Shown here one piece after another: positions 1 to 9,444 of a stretch of 64,000 bases of DNA (position 1 is the first letter of the stretch; each line of letters begins with the position of its first letter). The position numbers and the translations under genes were made by a program. A model generated the notes under the pieces. That model made no database searches and had not been told where the DNA came from. It worked only from the letters and a program-made list of their open reading frames with translations. The stretch covers positions 18,435 to 82,434 of IMG/VR virus record IMGVR_UViG_3300021430_000416; one strand, 5' to 3'. The DNA comes from a virus (Duplodnaviria > Heunggongvirae > Uroviricota > Caudoviricetes).

Positions 1-429
1 GTTGTTGCCGGTACACTGTACGATGACTTGGAAAGAAGAGACTTTACCTTGAACGCATTGGCCAAAGACGAGGATGGAAAAATCATCGATTACTTCAACG
101 GAATGGAAGATTTGAAACGAGGTTACCTACGTACACCGTTAGATTGTAAAATAACATTTAACGATGACCCGCTTCGTATTTTAAGAGCCATTAGATTTTG
201 TATCACCAAAGGATTTTGGATTGGACCACACATGGATGGTGTAATTCAAGATTACGATTATGAAAACAAAATGGGTGTGGTGTCTATTGAGAGAATCAGG
301 GAAGAGTTATATAAATGTTTTAAACATGACACAATTAAAACATTACAAACTTTACACGAATACCCGGCACTTAGAAACTATATTTTCAAAAACAATACCT
401 TATGGTTAAAACCAACACTTGAATTATAA
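1..429 (+). CDS. tRNA nucleotidyltransferase (CCA-adding)/poly(A) polymerase family protein, 3' portion; the 5' end lies upstream of the window
   Basis: Frame 1 is open from nt 1. It contains ERRDFTLNAL, matching the class II nucleotidyltransferase RRDFTINA motif, followed by the LRILRAIRF helix typical of this family. Confidence 0.6.
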   Translation, partial: VVAGTLYDDLERRDFTLNALAKDEDGKIIDYFNGMEDLKRGYLRTPLDCKITFNDDPLRILRAIRFCITKGFWIGPHMDGVIQDYDYENKMGVVSIERIREELYKCFKHDTIKTLQTLHEYPALRNYIFKNNTLWLKPTLEL

Positions 430-902
430 TGAAAAACAAAAAAGAACAACTACAATATAGAATGTACGGTTTAGTACCGTACAATATCAGCCCAATTCAA
501 CAAGGTATTCAATTTGGTCATGCTGTTGTTGAGTATGGTCTGAAACACGGTAAGACCGATGAATACCAAAGATGGGCAAAACACGATAAGACATTCATCA
601 TACTAAATGGTGGAACAACAAATAACTCAGGTTATTTGGATAGTATGGGTACAATGAATAAACATTTAGTAACCCTTCAGGAAAATAAAATACCATTGGC
701 AGTATTCCACGAGCCGGACCTCGGGAATCAATTAACCGGTATTGTTTTCTTGGTGGATGAAAGAGTGTTCAATAAAGACAAATATCCGTTGGATACTTTT
801 GAACCAGACCCTGAAAATTTTTGGACAGAGAAACTTCCTAAAAAAGAATTGAGGAAAATTTTGTTTTTACGAGAATTTTTAGTACAATTTAGATTAGCAT
901 GA
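429..902 (+). CDS. hypothetical protein; possible PTH2-type peptidyl-tRNA hydrolase
   Basis: 157 aa. Start overlaps the upstream stop (TAATG). QQGIQFGHAV and EPDLGNQLTGIVF weakly resemble the PTH2 AAQCxHA and DAGxTQ motifs. Confidence 0.35.
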   Translation: MKNKKEQLQYRMYGLVPYNISPIQQGIQFGHAVVEYGLKHGKTDEYQRWAKHDKTFIILNGGTTNNSGYLDSMGTMNKHLVTLQENKIPLAVFHEPDLGNQLTGIVFLVDERVFNKDKYPLDTFEPDPENFWTEKLPKKELRKILFLREFLVQFRLA

Positions 903-957
903 AAGACGCATTAGGAGATAGAATGAACTTTTTTATTCTATCACCATATTTATAAAT

Positions 958-1725
958 ATGGAAAATAAGAAAGATTACTATGTTTATGTGTATTTAAATC
1001 AATTAAAACCTGGAAAATGGTACTACAAAGATTTAATCTTCAATTATGAACCATTTTATGTTGGTAAGGGTAGAAAACAAAGAGACATCAACCACTTGTG
1101 TCCATATATGTTGAAAAAGAAAACATATAAAAGTTCGGTGATAAAATCTATAAAAAATAGAACCGGTGAAAATCCGATACATTATCGAATATTTGAAAAC
1201 ATTACCAATAAAGAGGCAATTGAAATTGAAATTGATTTTATTAAAACATTCGGAAGAAAAGATATTAATACAGGTATTCTAACTAATTGCACTGACGGTG
1301 GTGATGGTGCAAATAATTTCTCGAAAGAAACAAAAAAGAGAACTGGTAATAAACGTAAGAAAATTTATCAATACTCACTTGACGGAAAATTTTTAAAAGA
1401 ATGGGACGGGGTTACGAATGTTGATGTTGGTTGTGAATCCAACGGAAATATCACCACTTCTATTAAAAGAAATGGAACATGGTGTGGGTACATTTGGTCA
1501 TTTGAAAAAAAAGATGTATTTTTACCCAAAAAAAAGTATCAAATGCCGGTTAAATACAAAGAAATTAAACAAATCGATGTATCAACCGGTCAGGTGATTG
1601 AGGTATTTGATGATGCACTTTCAATTGAAAAGAAATTAAATTTAAGAGAAGGCGCGAGAAATAAGATTTACGAGAGTATTAGAAAAAAAATGAAAACGGC
1701 ATATGGGTTTAAATGGGAAGTTTAG
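958..1725 (+). CDS. GIY-YIG homing endonuclease (seg-like) with a NUMOD/IENR-type C-terminal DNA-binding module
   Basis: YYVYVY...KWYY...YVGKG is the GIY...YIG signature. KIYQYSLDGKFLKEW...W is NUMOD1-like. Confidence 0.75.
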   Translation: MENKKDYYVYVYLNQLKPGKWYYKDLIFNYEPFYVGKGRKQRDINHLCPYMLKKKTYKSSVIKSIKNRTGENPIHYRIFENITNKEAIEIEIDFIKTFGRKDINTGILTNCTDGGDGANNFSKETKKRTGNKRKKIYQYSLDGKFLKEWDGVTNVDVGCESNGNITTSIKRNGTWCGYIWSFEKKDVFLPKKKYQMPVKYKEIKQIDVSTGQVIEVFDDALSIEKKLNLREGARNKIYESIRKKMKTAYGFKWEV

Positions 1726-2542
1726 TAAAGATGCGTTAGGAACACGTCTAAAAACATATTATGAAGATAGGTTTAGATACCATCTTCCACGCAGAACATA
1801 TACCATTATTAGGATTGATGGTAAAGCATTCCACACTTACACGAAAGGTTTAAACAGACCTTTTGATGATGGGTTGATTGAGGATATGGATGAAACAACG
1901 GCATACTTATGTAAGAACATACAAGGGGTTAAGTTTGGTTATGTACAATCAGATGAGATAAGTTTATTACTTACCGACTTTGATGACATATCAACCGACG
2001 CTTGGTTTGATGGTAACTTACAAAAGATGTGTAGTATTGCAGCATCATTGGCAACAGCAAAGTTTAATCAACTAAGAATGATGAGAAAGTGTTGGGAGGG
2101 TAATGACGTTGAGGGATACCTCGACCAAAAAGATTTGGAGAATTTTAAACTGGCAATGTTCGATGCTCGTGTATTTCAAATATCATCACCAATTGAAGTT
2201 GAAAACTACTTTATTTGGAGACAACAAGATGCTACTCGTAACTCAATCTCTTCAGTCGCACAAAGCATGTATTCACCTAAAGAATTACACGGAGTAAAAA
2301 CCGATGAGATGCAAGAGATGATTTTCCAAAAAGGAACTAATTGGAATGATTTCTCACCAAGAAAAAAACGTGGTGGGTTCGTTACAAAGATGTTAATGGT
2401 TAATGGAAAACCAAAACAAGAAAATCAAGAAATCTATATCGAAGATGTGGTTAGGAACAAGTGGATTGGAATTGATTGTCCCGTGTTCACACAAGATAGA
2501 GAATTTTTAAGAAGTGGAATACCGGTACAACATGAAAATTAA
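1703..2542 (+). CDS. Thg1-like protein (tRNA-His guanylyltransferase / 3'-5' polymerase family)
   Basis: YEDRFRYHLPRRTYTIIRIDGKAFHTYT...PFDDGLIEDM...GYVQSDEISLLL matches the Thg1/TLP core, including the metal-binding D and SDE motifs. The 5' end overlaps the GIY-YIG ORF by 23 nt. Confidence 0.65.
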   Translation: MGLNGKFSKDALGTRLKTYYEDRFRYHLPRRTYTIIRIDGKAFHTYTKGLNRPFDDGLIEDMDETTAYLCKNIQGVKFGYVQSDEISLLLTDFDDISTDAWFDGNLQKMCSIAASLATAKFNQLRMMRKCWEGNDVEGYLDQKDLENFKLAMFDARVFQISSPIEVENYFIWRQQDATRNSISSVAQSMYSPKELHGVKTDEMQEMIFQKGTNWNDFSPRKKRGGFVTKMLMVNGKPKQENQEIYIEDVVRNKWIGIDCPVFTQDREFLRSGIPVQHEN

Positions 2543-3641
2543 TATATCCAACGCAACCTTTTCGTCAATTGTTGGGATAGGTCAAAAAGTAAAACGTGCA
2601 GCTAAGGAGAGTGGTGAACAATATTTAGAACTAAATCGTGGTGTAAATGCCGTTACTGAAATTGATTTGTCAAATGTGATGAATCAAGTTGATTTTAATT
2701 CAAAAGAGTTTCAGGTTTACGCACCGAACTTAGGTATCGAATCACTAAGAAAAGAAATTGTTAATGAATACTTTTATTCATCGAAAGATGACCCTGATTT
2801 CATTAACAATATTGCAATCACTCCCGGTGGGATGCCAGCACTTGATTTGGTGATTCAGTTATTGAATGTTGAGAATATATACTTCCCAAAATTTTATTGG
2901 GGGTCTTATTCTAAGATGGCAACAATAAGAAAGAAGTCATTTTCTTTTTATGATTCATTTTCTGATTTGGATTTCTCACAGTTAAATGAGTCGTCTTGTG
3001 TTTTCATTTGTAATCCAAATAACCCAACAGGAATCGCGTTAGACGATGTTTATCTAATGTCAACTATTGAGAGGATTAGTGAAACGGGTGCAATTGTTAT
3101 AGTTGATTGTCCATACAGAAAACTATTCTTTGAGGATGACTTTTTTGATATTGTTTCAAAGTTCCCGAATGTTATAATCACAGAATCATTCTCAAAGTGG
3201 ATTGGTTTATCAGGTTTAAGACTTGGGTTCATCTATTGTTCAAACAAAGATTTTAATTCCGAGTTAAACATTCGTTTACTATATGAATTCAATGCTGTTT
3301 CATCACCATCACAAATGATTGTTGAAAAGGTTATATCAACACCTGAAGGAAAATCCGCACACAATCAATTCAGGATGATTACGGTTGACAATATCACAAA
3401 AAATATTAATTATTTAGTGGACAACAACCTATTGGTAAATGAACTCTATCCTAACAGTAGACCAATTGGTATTTTTGCGGTGATAAACAAATCGGAAGAC
3501 TTTCTTTTCCAACATAAAATAGGTGCAGTTGGTTTAGACAAATTTGTTTACCACGATAAAGATTTTTGGTCATCCTATTCTAGAATTTGCGTATCAGTTC
3601 AACACGAACTATTCAAAAAATTCATAACAAATATAATTTAA
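2514..3641 (+). CDS. class I/II PLP-dependent aminotransferase
   Basis: FICNPNNPTG is the NPxNPTG motif. SFSKWIGLSGLRLGF carries the PLP-lysine SxSK...G.R.G motif. Confidence 0.7.
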   Translation: MEYRYNMKINISNATFSSIVGIGQKVKRAAKESGEQYLELNRGVNAVTEIDLSNVMNQVDFNSKEFQVYAPNLGIESLRKEIVNEYFYSSKDDPDFINNIAITPGGMPALDLVIQLLNVENIYFPKFYWGSYSKMATIRKKSFSFYDSFSDLDFSQLNESSCVFICNPNNPTGIALDDVYLMSTIERISETGAIVIVDCPYRKLFFEDDFFDIVSKFPNVIITESFSKWIGLSGLRLGFIYCSNKDFNSELNIRLLYEFNAVSSPSQMIVEKVISTPEGKSAHNQFRMITVDNITKNINYLVDNNLLVNELYPNSRPIGIFAVINKSEDFLFQHKIGAVGLDKFVYHDKDFWSSYSRICVSVQHELFKKFITNII

Positions 3642-3651
3642 AATAAAAAAA

Positions 3652-3870
3652 ATGCAAACATTATTATTCAACACAACAACAAAAGAAGCTAAACTTTACG
3701 CTGATGAAAAACACGCCTCTAAAATGTTAGAGATGTTCACAAATGTACCTACAGTAAGAATTTCTGAACAAGGATATTACGAGGTAATGAAAAAATTGGA
3801 CGGAGAAGAAAAAAACGTACCGGTTTTGAGAGTACCAATTGCAAACACAAACATGGTAATTGAAAAATAA
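3652..3870 (+). CDS. hypothetical protein
   Basis: 72 aa ORF with tight packing. Confidence 0.4.
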   Translation: MQTLLFNTTTKEAKLYADEKHASKMLEMFTNVPTVRISEQGYYEVMKKLDGEEKNVPVLRVPIANTNMVIEK

Positions 3871-4891
3871 CATGGAAAGAAAATTAGCAAGTGTAAGAAA
3901 AATTTTAAACCTATCACCAATCGAGGGTGCCGATAAAATCGAACTAGTAACAGTTGATGGATGGAAAGTTGTTGTTGCTAAAGATGTCGGTCACAAAGTT
4001 GGTGACTTGGTTATCTATTGTGAGATAGATTCATTTCTCCCGATTAGAGAAGAGTTTGAATTCTTACGTAAGAGTTCATACAAAAAAATGTCAGATGGGA
4101 CCGAAGGATTCAGATTGAAAACAATTAGACTTCGTGGACAAATTTCACAAGGTCTGATTTTACCAATGAGTGTCTTTGGTGATTTTGGATGGACCGCATA
4201 TGAGGGTCTTGATGTTACCGAAAGATTAGGTATCGTAAAATACGAACCACCAATCCCTGCGGAACTTGCTGGTAAGGTTAAAGGTATGTTCCCATCATTC
4301 ATTCCGAAAACGGATGAAGAAAGAATTCAGAACTTCACGAATGAATATGATGGTTGGAAATTACAATCTAAACATCAATTCTACGTAACCGAAAAGTTGG
4401 ATGGTTCATCATCAACATTCTACATTAACAATGGTGAGTTCGGTGTATGTTCACGTAATTTGGAATTACTAGAGACCGAAGGAAACACATTTTGGAAAGT
4501 TGCTCGTGAACTTGACCTTGAAAATAAAATGAAATCTTTAGGTAAAAACATTGCACTACAAGGTGAATTAATTGGTGAAGGTATTCAAGGTAACCCATAT
4601 AAAATAAAGGGACAAACTGTTAAGTTTTACACAGGGTTCGACATTGATGAGTACCGAAGACTTACCTTACCTGAATTCGTTTCATTAATTAGTAGTTTAG
4701 ATTTACAATGTGTACCGATTTTGGATGATAACTTCATGTTACCATCAACAATCGAAGACATGTTGAAATATGCTGATAATAAGTCAGTATTAAATCCCGA
4801 AACTAATCGTGAAGGTGTTGTAGTCCGTTCATTGGATTGTACCATTAGTTTTAAATCAATCAGTAACACATTTTTACTAGAAGAAAAATAA
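3860..4891 (+). CDS. ATP-dependent RNA ligase, DraRnl/Rnl5-like (N-terminal OB-like domain + nucleotidyltransferase domain)
   Basis: TEKLDGSSSTFY is ligase motif I (KxDG). GELIGEGIQGNPY and REGVVVRS are motif III/IV-like. The N-terminal GADKIELVTVDGWKVVVAK resembles the DraRnl OB-like module. Confidence 0.6.
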   Translation: MKNNMERKLASVRKILNLSPIEGADKIELVTVDGWKVVVAKDVGHKVGDLVIYCEIDSFLPIREEFEFLRKSSYKKMSDGTEGFRLKTIRLRGQISQGLILPMSVFGDFGWTAYEGLDVTERLGIVKYEPPIPAELAGKVKGMFPSFIPKTDEERIQNFTNEYDGWKLQSKHQFYVTEKLDGSSSTFYINNGEFGVCSRNLELLETEGNTFWKVARELDLENKMKSLGKNIALQGELIGEGIQGNPYKIKGQTVKFYTGFDIDEYRRLTLPEFVSLISSLDLQCVPILDDNFMLPSTIEDMLKYADNKSVLNPETNREGVVVRSLDCTISFKSISNTFLLEEK

Positions 4892-4892
4892 G

Positions 4893-6806
4893 ATGTCAAA
4901 ATTTACTCCAAGTAAGTATCAAAAAGAAATATTCAACTTCATATTAAAAGATGATAAGAATGCGGTTATCTCTGCGGTTGCCGGTAGTGGAAAAACAACC
5001 ACATTATTAAAAGCATTGGATATTATTTCTGATGATAAATCAGTTTTGTTTCTTGCATTTAATAAAAGTATTGCAGAAGAATTAAGTAAACGAGTTCCAC
5101 AAGATAAGAATAACATTTTGGTTAAGACTGTCCATGGTTACGGATACGGTATTCTTAGACAGAGAAACGACCCAAAGATAGATGATAAAAAGTATCGTAA
5201 ATTACTTTGGAGTGTAATTCATCACCTTAATGGTAAAGATGAAAATACAATACAAACTTATGGTTTTGATGAAAAACATAAGAAGTACATTAAGGAAATA
5301 TCAAAACTATTACCGGACGAAAATACAGATGCAAATAAATTTGTAACAGATGTTCTTAGTCTTTGTAATTTAGCTAGACTACATTTAATTAATTTTGATA
5401 TCAAACCAATTGGTGTTGGTGAGATTAATAAACTAGCACAAATACATTCAGTTAGTAATGAAGATAATGAATCTACCGTTGCTTGGTATCTTTCAAATTT
5501 AGGGATTTATTATGATAGGGTAATCGACTATACCGATATGGTGTCATTACCCATCATATTAAATTTGGATTGTGAGAAATACGATTTTGTATTTATTGAT
5601 GAGTGTCAGGATTTGAACACATGTCAGAGAATCTTGATGCAAAAATCAATCAAACCTGATGGTGGTAGATTCATTGCGGTTGGTGACCCGAAACAAGCGA
5701 TTTATGCATTTGCTGGTGCCGACCACGAATCATTCCAAAAACTAAAAGGTATTCCAAACACAATAGAATTACCACTTTCATTTACGTATCGTGTTGCGCC
5801 ACAGATATTGAATTTGGTTAAACACATTAATCCCGCAATTGTTGCTCACTCAAAAAACAAATCGGGTAAAGTTATAGACAACTTCTCATACAAAGATATC
5901 CAAGATGGTGACATGGTTTTGTGTAGAAACACATTCCCAATTGTTGCATTGTGTATTAAATTATTGAGTGAGGGTAAGAAATCTTACATCATCGGTTCTG
6001 ATATTGGTTTATCGTTGAAGAACATGATTTCAGGTTGTAAAAGAGAAAGAGAAGAATTCAACATGAACAATGTCCTTTGTCGATTAATGAAGGATAAGGA
6101 GAAGATGATTGAAAAAATCATGGCCAATCACAACATGAAAAAGAGTGAGGCGATGGAAGATAGTCAGGTTATCATTTTTAGTGAGAGAATACTGGCAATC
6201 GAATCAATTTCAAATGGTATTGACGACCCGAATGTTGTTATTGAAAAAATAGACACAATATTCTCGGATAAGGATAAATCCGGTATCTGTTTAAGTACGA
6301 TACACAAATCCAAAGGTCTTGAGGCGGATAGAGTGTTTATTATTCACCAAGATTTAATCCCATCAAAATATGCATCATTACCTTGGGAATTAGAACAAGA
6401 AAAGAACTTGGAGTATGTTGCTTACACTAGAGCTAAAACCATATTAGGTTTTGTAAATGACTTTGATGCGTTTAAGTCCCATAAAACAAGAGACATCGAC
6501 ACAACAAAAGTTAAGATTAGTAAATACGTCGGTTCTCCAAACATGAAGATGTATTTAACACTGACGGTTGTTGATAAAAGAACAGTTAACGGAATGTACG
6601 GTGAAACCACCGTATTTGATTTGGTGGATGATTCGGGTAACATCTTTTCTAAATTTGGTAATATTGATGCAAGTTACCTCGACGGTGATATTATGGGAAG
6701 TGAAGTTACCATTAATTCTAAGGTTTCTTTTTACGGTATCATAAAAGAACACATGGAATATAGAGGTAACAAAATCAACAAGTTAGGTAAGATATCACAC
6801 TACTAA
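4893..6806 (+). CDS. UvrD/PcrA-like SF1 DNA helicase with a C-terminal extra domain
   Basis: AVAGSGKTTTL (Walker A), FIDECQD (motif II), GDPKQAIYAF, LPLSFTYRV, STIHKSKGLEADRVFII (motif VI). Confidence 0.8.
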   Translation: MSKFTPSKYQKEIFNFILKDDKNAVISAVAGSGKTTTLLKALDIISDDKSVLFLAFNKSIAEELSKRVPQDKNNILVKTVHGYGYGILRQRNDPKIDDKKYRKLLWSVIHHLNGKDENTIQTYGFDEKHKKYIKEISKLLPDENTDANKFVTDVLSLCNLARLHLINFDIKPIGVGEINKLAQIHSVSNEDNESTVAWYLSNLGIYYDRVIDYTDMVSLPIILNLDCEKYDFVFIDECQDLNTCQRILMQKSIKPDGGRFIAVGDPKQAIYAFAGADHESFQKLKGIPNTIELPLSFTYRVAPQILNLVKHINPAIVAHSKNKSGKVIDNFSYKDIQDGDMVLCRNTFPIVALCIKLLSEGKKSYIIGSDIGLSLKNMISGCKREREEFNMNNVLCRLMKDKEKMIEKIMANHNMKKSEAMEDSQVIIFSERILAIESISNGIDDPNVVIEKIDTIFSDKDKSGICLSTIHKSKGLEADRVFIIHQDLIPSKYASLPWELEQEKNLEYVAYTRAKTILGFVNDFDAFKSHKTRDIDTTKVKISKYVGSPNMKMYLTLTVVDKRTVNGMYGETTVFDLVDDSGNIFSKFGNIDASYLDGDIMGSEVTINSKVSFYGIIKEHMEYRGNKINKLGKISHY

Positions 6807-6817
6807 ACTAAAATTTT

Positions 6818-6848
6818 TTTGGATATCACGAAATTTTGAGTATCTTTG
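6818..6848 (+). promoter_or_regulatory. Bacteroidetes-type promoter (-33 TTTGG, -7 TATCTTTG)
   Basis: TTTGG, 18 nt spacer, then TATCTTTG, about 25 nt upstream of the ATG at 6874. Confidence 0.5.
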
Positions 6849-6873
6849 TTTTTGTAAAATCAAAAATAAGGAT

Positions 6874-7476
6874 ATGATAGACAACATTGATATAGTAAAG
6901 TCACTCTTAAACTTTGAAAAGGAGGGTGACTTTTATATGCTGTACGTTTTCAAAAGAAAGAAAGACCAACCTGAAGGTGAGAGAGATAATCACCAATCGG
7001 TTAGAACCATCAAGACATATTGTGTTGAGAGTGTGGAGTATCTTGAGAAAAGATACGAAGAGATTAAACAACTATGTGAGATGTTTAAAGCTCGTGCATA
7101 TATTCATGTTCAAAAGCAAAATCATTATGATGTTTCTTTGGATATGATGGTCACACTTGCGGAAAGAATTCGTTGTGGTCAACACAAACAACAACACATA
7201 TTTGATTCTGTTGTTGGTCAAATAAAGACTCACGAAAAGAGATGGATTGTTGATTTGGATACCAAGGATGAAAGTGAATTGTTAAGAATGACAAAAGTAA
7301 TAAATGTAACTCGTCCTGAAGGTGATAAGATTGAATGTATCATACCAACAAAGAATGGTTACCACTTTATAACCAAAAGATTCGATGTGATGCAATTTAA
7401 GAACGTGTATCCTGATGTTGATATTGCTAAAAAGAACCCAACATTATTATATTATCCAACATCGTTGGATAGATAG
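6874..7476 (+). CDS. hypothetical protein
   Basis: 200 aa ORF downstream of the promoter. Confidence 0.5.
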   Translation: MIDNIDIVKSLLNFEKEGDFYMLYVFKRKKDQPEGERDNHQSVRTIKTYCVESVEYLEKRYEEIKQLCEMFKARAYIHVQKQNHYDVSLDMMVTLAERIRCGQHKQQHIFDSVVGQIKTHEKRWIVDLDTKDESELLRMTKVINVTRPEGDKIECIIPTKNGYHFITKRFDVMQFKNVYPDVDIAKKNPTLLYYPTSLDR

Positions 7477-7524
7477 TCTTTAAGGTTTTTCTTTTGGATA
7501 AGGAGAATTTTTTAGAAAGGTTTA

Positions 7525-7995
7525 TTGAGAATTTTTTTAAACAAAAATAACATGGCAGTAATAGGAATAAACTACGATGGTTGTGACCACGACTATGACG
7601 ATGACGATAACAGAATCGAAATAGACCCATCTGACCCACGATACTTGAAGTACGAGTCAGTGAGACTACATACTCAAAAAGAAAAGTTTGTATTTAACTC
7701 GGGTAATTTTGTTAAAGATTGGTACGATGCGAAAAAGAAATATATGGAAATTATGGACGAAGAACCATTTCTATCCGCATCTTCAGACGTACATCATTTT
7801 CAAGGAGATGGTGGTAAGTTTGATTCGGCATATCTTCACATCGTTGATGAAAAACCGGTGTTGAAATATGTGGATAGAACTGACCCAAATTACCTGTTCA
7901 CACAAAGGGACATTTATGAAAATGGTTGGGAATTTTTTGTTCCTGAAAATACTCAACCAACATGGGAAGAATTAAAAGAAATGTGTAAATCTTAA
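7525..7995 (+). CDS. hypothetical protein
   Basis: 156 aa ORF. Confidence 0.5.
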   Translation: MRIFLNKNNMAVIGINYDGCDHDYDDDDNRIEIDPSDPRYLKYESVRLHTQKEKFVFNSGNFVKDWYDAKKKYMEIMDEEPFLSASSDVHHFQGDGGKFDSAYLHIVDEKPVLKYVDRTDPNYLFTQRDIYENGWEFFVPENTQPTWEELKEMCKS

Positions 7996-8006
7996 ATATT
8001 AAAAAC

Positions 8007-8525
8007 ATGACACCATTTTATTATATAATAGGAGGTTTAGTGTGTTTGATTTTATTATCATCATTCTTTAGTATGTTGAAAATGAACTGTCGTAAAAGTG
8101 AGTTCAAAGATTGGCAAGTGGGTGATTATATCGTACCTCAAGACTACAGTGAAGTATGGTACGAAATTAAAAAGAGAAACCAAGATTATGTGAGAATAGT
8201 TGGGTGGACAAAAGATGATTTGTATTTTGAAATTGATGGTACGATTTGTAAAAGAAGTTGGAAAAACTTTAAACACAATAAGTCCGCATTATGGAGACGT
8301 AATCACGAAGAGTGTAAAAAACAAATGGGTAAAGAACCGGGATTTGACCCAACAGTTCATGTCACTGAATCGACCCGTTCATCAAAAGTATCAGGTCAAA
8401 TTGATGGTAAATCAATCGAAACGATGAATGAAACAGAATGTCAAATCTACTTGAAAAAAGCAATTGAGGAGGAGGATTACCACACCGCAGAATTAATAAG
8501 AAAAAGACTCGAAAATTTTAGATAA
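8007..8525 (+). CDS. hypothetical membrane-anchored protein
   Basis: 172 aa with an N-terminal hydrophobic helix. Confidence 0.5.
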   Translation: MTPFYYIIGGLVCLILLSSFFSMLKMNCRKSEFKDWQVGDYIVPQDYSEVWYEIKKRNQDYVRIVGWTKDDLYFEIDGTICKRSWKNFKHNKSALWRRNHEECKKQMGKEPGFDPTVHVTESTRSSKVSGQIDGKSIETMNETECQIYLKKAIEEEDYHTAELIRKRLENFR

Positions 8526-8526
8526 C

Positions 8527-8847
8527 ATGGCAATAAGATATTTGGACATAGTGAAAAGGTTAGAAACCGAACCACTAAACGAAGAAGAATTGAAGTTAGT
8601 TAAAGAGGCTGAAGAACATATCGACAATGAAATATTAACTAAATTTGGTGTTCGTTATTATGAAGTTGCTATTGATAACTGTATTGTCAACTTTGATTAT
8701 TCACCTAAAACCAAAAAACCTATTAATTCAAAACAACCGAGAAAAAATCTCATGTCGAAGACATTAAAACAAATGTATACTGAATTGGGTTGGAGGTTTC
8801 AATATCCTGATGATAGTGACTACACAATTTTAAGAGGTAAATCATAA
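8527..8847 (+). CDS. hypothetical protein
   Basis: 106 aa ORF, abutting its neighbours. Confidence 0.45.
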   Translation: MAIRYLDIVKRLETEPLNEEELKLVKEAEEHIDNEILTKFGVRYYEVAIDNCIVNFDYSPKTKKPINSKQPRKNLMSKTLKQMYTELGWRFQYPDDSDYTILRGKS

Positions 8848-9398
8848 TGAAAACAATCGAAGTATCGGACGAAATGTATGCTAAGTTAATTGACCTAGCA
8901 ACAGAAATGACAACACAAGACCCGAGAGGTACAAGAGCACCACACATGTTCCAAATTCGTGAGAAGAAAAAAGTTTACGATTGGGGATTGAATGGGGAGT
9001 TTAAAATATGGGTTGATGTTGGTAACCAAGTGGAAGTTGAAACTCTCGATGACTTCATTGAATACCTACAAAATTCAGGACACTTCAATGGTAAAGAAGA
9101 TTACGATGAACAATCTGAAATTGCAGAGATAACTAGGTTGTGGGAAGAAGATTACGATTTTGGTATTTCAGATTTTATCGAAGAAAATTGTAACGATTTG
9201 AAAGAGTGTACATACTCTTGGGAATATGTTTATCACAATCATTTCTTAACCGCCAAAGGTTGTAAAGAACACATTGAAAGAAACCATTACCACTACAATG
9301 AACCTGTTGATTATCTGAACCATGCATGGAGAAATCCCGAAATGGATTTGATATCAGAATTCCTATGTGGTTTGGTGGGAAAAAAACCACACAGTTAA
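8847..9398 (+). CDS. hypothetical protein
   Basis: 183 aa ORF; start overlaps the upstream stop. Confidence 0.5.
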   Translation: MKTIEVSDEMYAKLIDLATEMTTQDPRGTRAPHMFQIREKKKVYDWGLNGEFKIWVDVGNQVEVETLDDFIEYLQNSGHFNGKEDYDEQSEIAEITRLWEEDYDFGISDFIEENCNDLKECTYSWEYVYHNHFLTAKGCKEHIERNHYHYNEPVDYLNHAWRNPEMDLISEFLCGLVGKKPHS

Positions 9399-9444
9399 TT
9401 TTTAATTCACAAAAAAATTTCTTAAATTTTAAAAACAAAAGAAT

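Noticed and set aside
2103-6752. Short antisense or out-of-frame ORFs inside larger genes (2103..2297, 3050..3232, 4015..4302, 4627..4899, 4919..5116, 6422..6643, 6555..6752, and similar throughout)
   Set aside because: They are fully nested within longer ORFs with recognisable domains, have AT-rich codon composition artefacts, and lack promoter/RBS context. Treated as spurious.
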